From contig QMRC01000016.1 of NCBI GenBank assembly GCA_003649205.1, positions 1 to 36,109 of the forward strand: 36,109 nucleotides of DNA, in the 5' to 3' direction. The notes under the pieces were generated by a model that was not told the origin of the DNA, did no database searches, and was given only the letters and a program-made list of their open reading frames with translations. This document shows positions 35,977 through 36,109 of this stretch, one piece after another. The DNA comes from Thermoprotei archaeon. Lineage in GTDB: Archaea > Thermoproteota > Thermoprotei > Thermoproteales > B15-G16. The position numbers were made by a program, and so were the translations under genes. Each line of letters opens with the position of its first letter. Position 1 is the stretch's first letter.

Positions 35977-36109
35977 GAATGACCCCCGTGAGGGTTATCC
36001 TCACGGGGTGATTTCCCTGAGCGTAAGGCGATGAGGGGGTTCTACTCTCAGGGGGGACTCTGAGCGTAATGCTGTGAGGAGGATGATCCTCTGAGAGTAG
36101 GAGAAGAGA
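35977..36109 (+). ncRNA. Candidate structured ncRNA (right copy) with multiple kink-turn motifs; likely truncated by the window edge
   Basis: AUGA-C-CCCCGUGAGG-guuau-CCUCACGGGG-UGA; UCCCU-GA-GC-GUAAG-GC-GAU-GA-GGGGG; CUACUCUCAG-GGGG-GA-CUCU-GA-GC-GUAAU-GC-UGU-GA-GGAG-GAU-GA-UCCU-CUGAGAGUAG. Inverted homolog of 188-305. Confidence 0.65.

Overview
A 36-kb archaeal segment that looks like a largely self-contained extrachromosomal or integrative element, most plausibly from Thermoproteota (GGAGGTG/GGTGA ribosome-binding sites, TATA-type promoters, class III signal peptides, RadA). It has no housekeeping, rRNA, tRNA or CRISPR content. It encodes four modules. (i) A Ced/Ted/T4SS-like DNA-transfer set: two HerA/VirB4/VirD4-type ATPases, a probable detached VirB4 N-terminal half, a VirB2/CedA1-like pilin and two CedA/VirB6-like polytopic membrane proteins. 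(ii) An archaeal type IV (Tad-like) pilus set: VirB11/FlaI-type ATPase, TadC/FlaJ-type platform, about 8 pilin-like proteins, a 1225-aa mosaic adhesin and a MinD/ParA ATPase, but no prepilin peptidase. (iii) A recombination module: full-length RadA in an operon, next to a SWIM Zn-finger gene. (iv) An RHH regulator with operator-like repeats and a small decaying cargo region. The most striking unannotated feature is a pair of diverged, inverted, outward-facing GC-rich structured elements at the two window ends. Each sits behind a TATA-like box and shows up to four kink-turn (L7Ae-type) motifs with compensatory base changes, so they are a candidate new multi-K-turn ncRNA family. An A/T strand-skew switch near the midpoint suggests the window may be close to a complete replicon. 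No integrase, relaxase, Rep/primase or capsid gene was recognised. All protein-family calls are from motif reading, not database searches.
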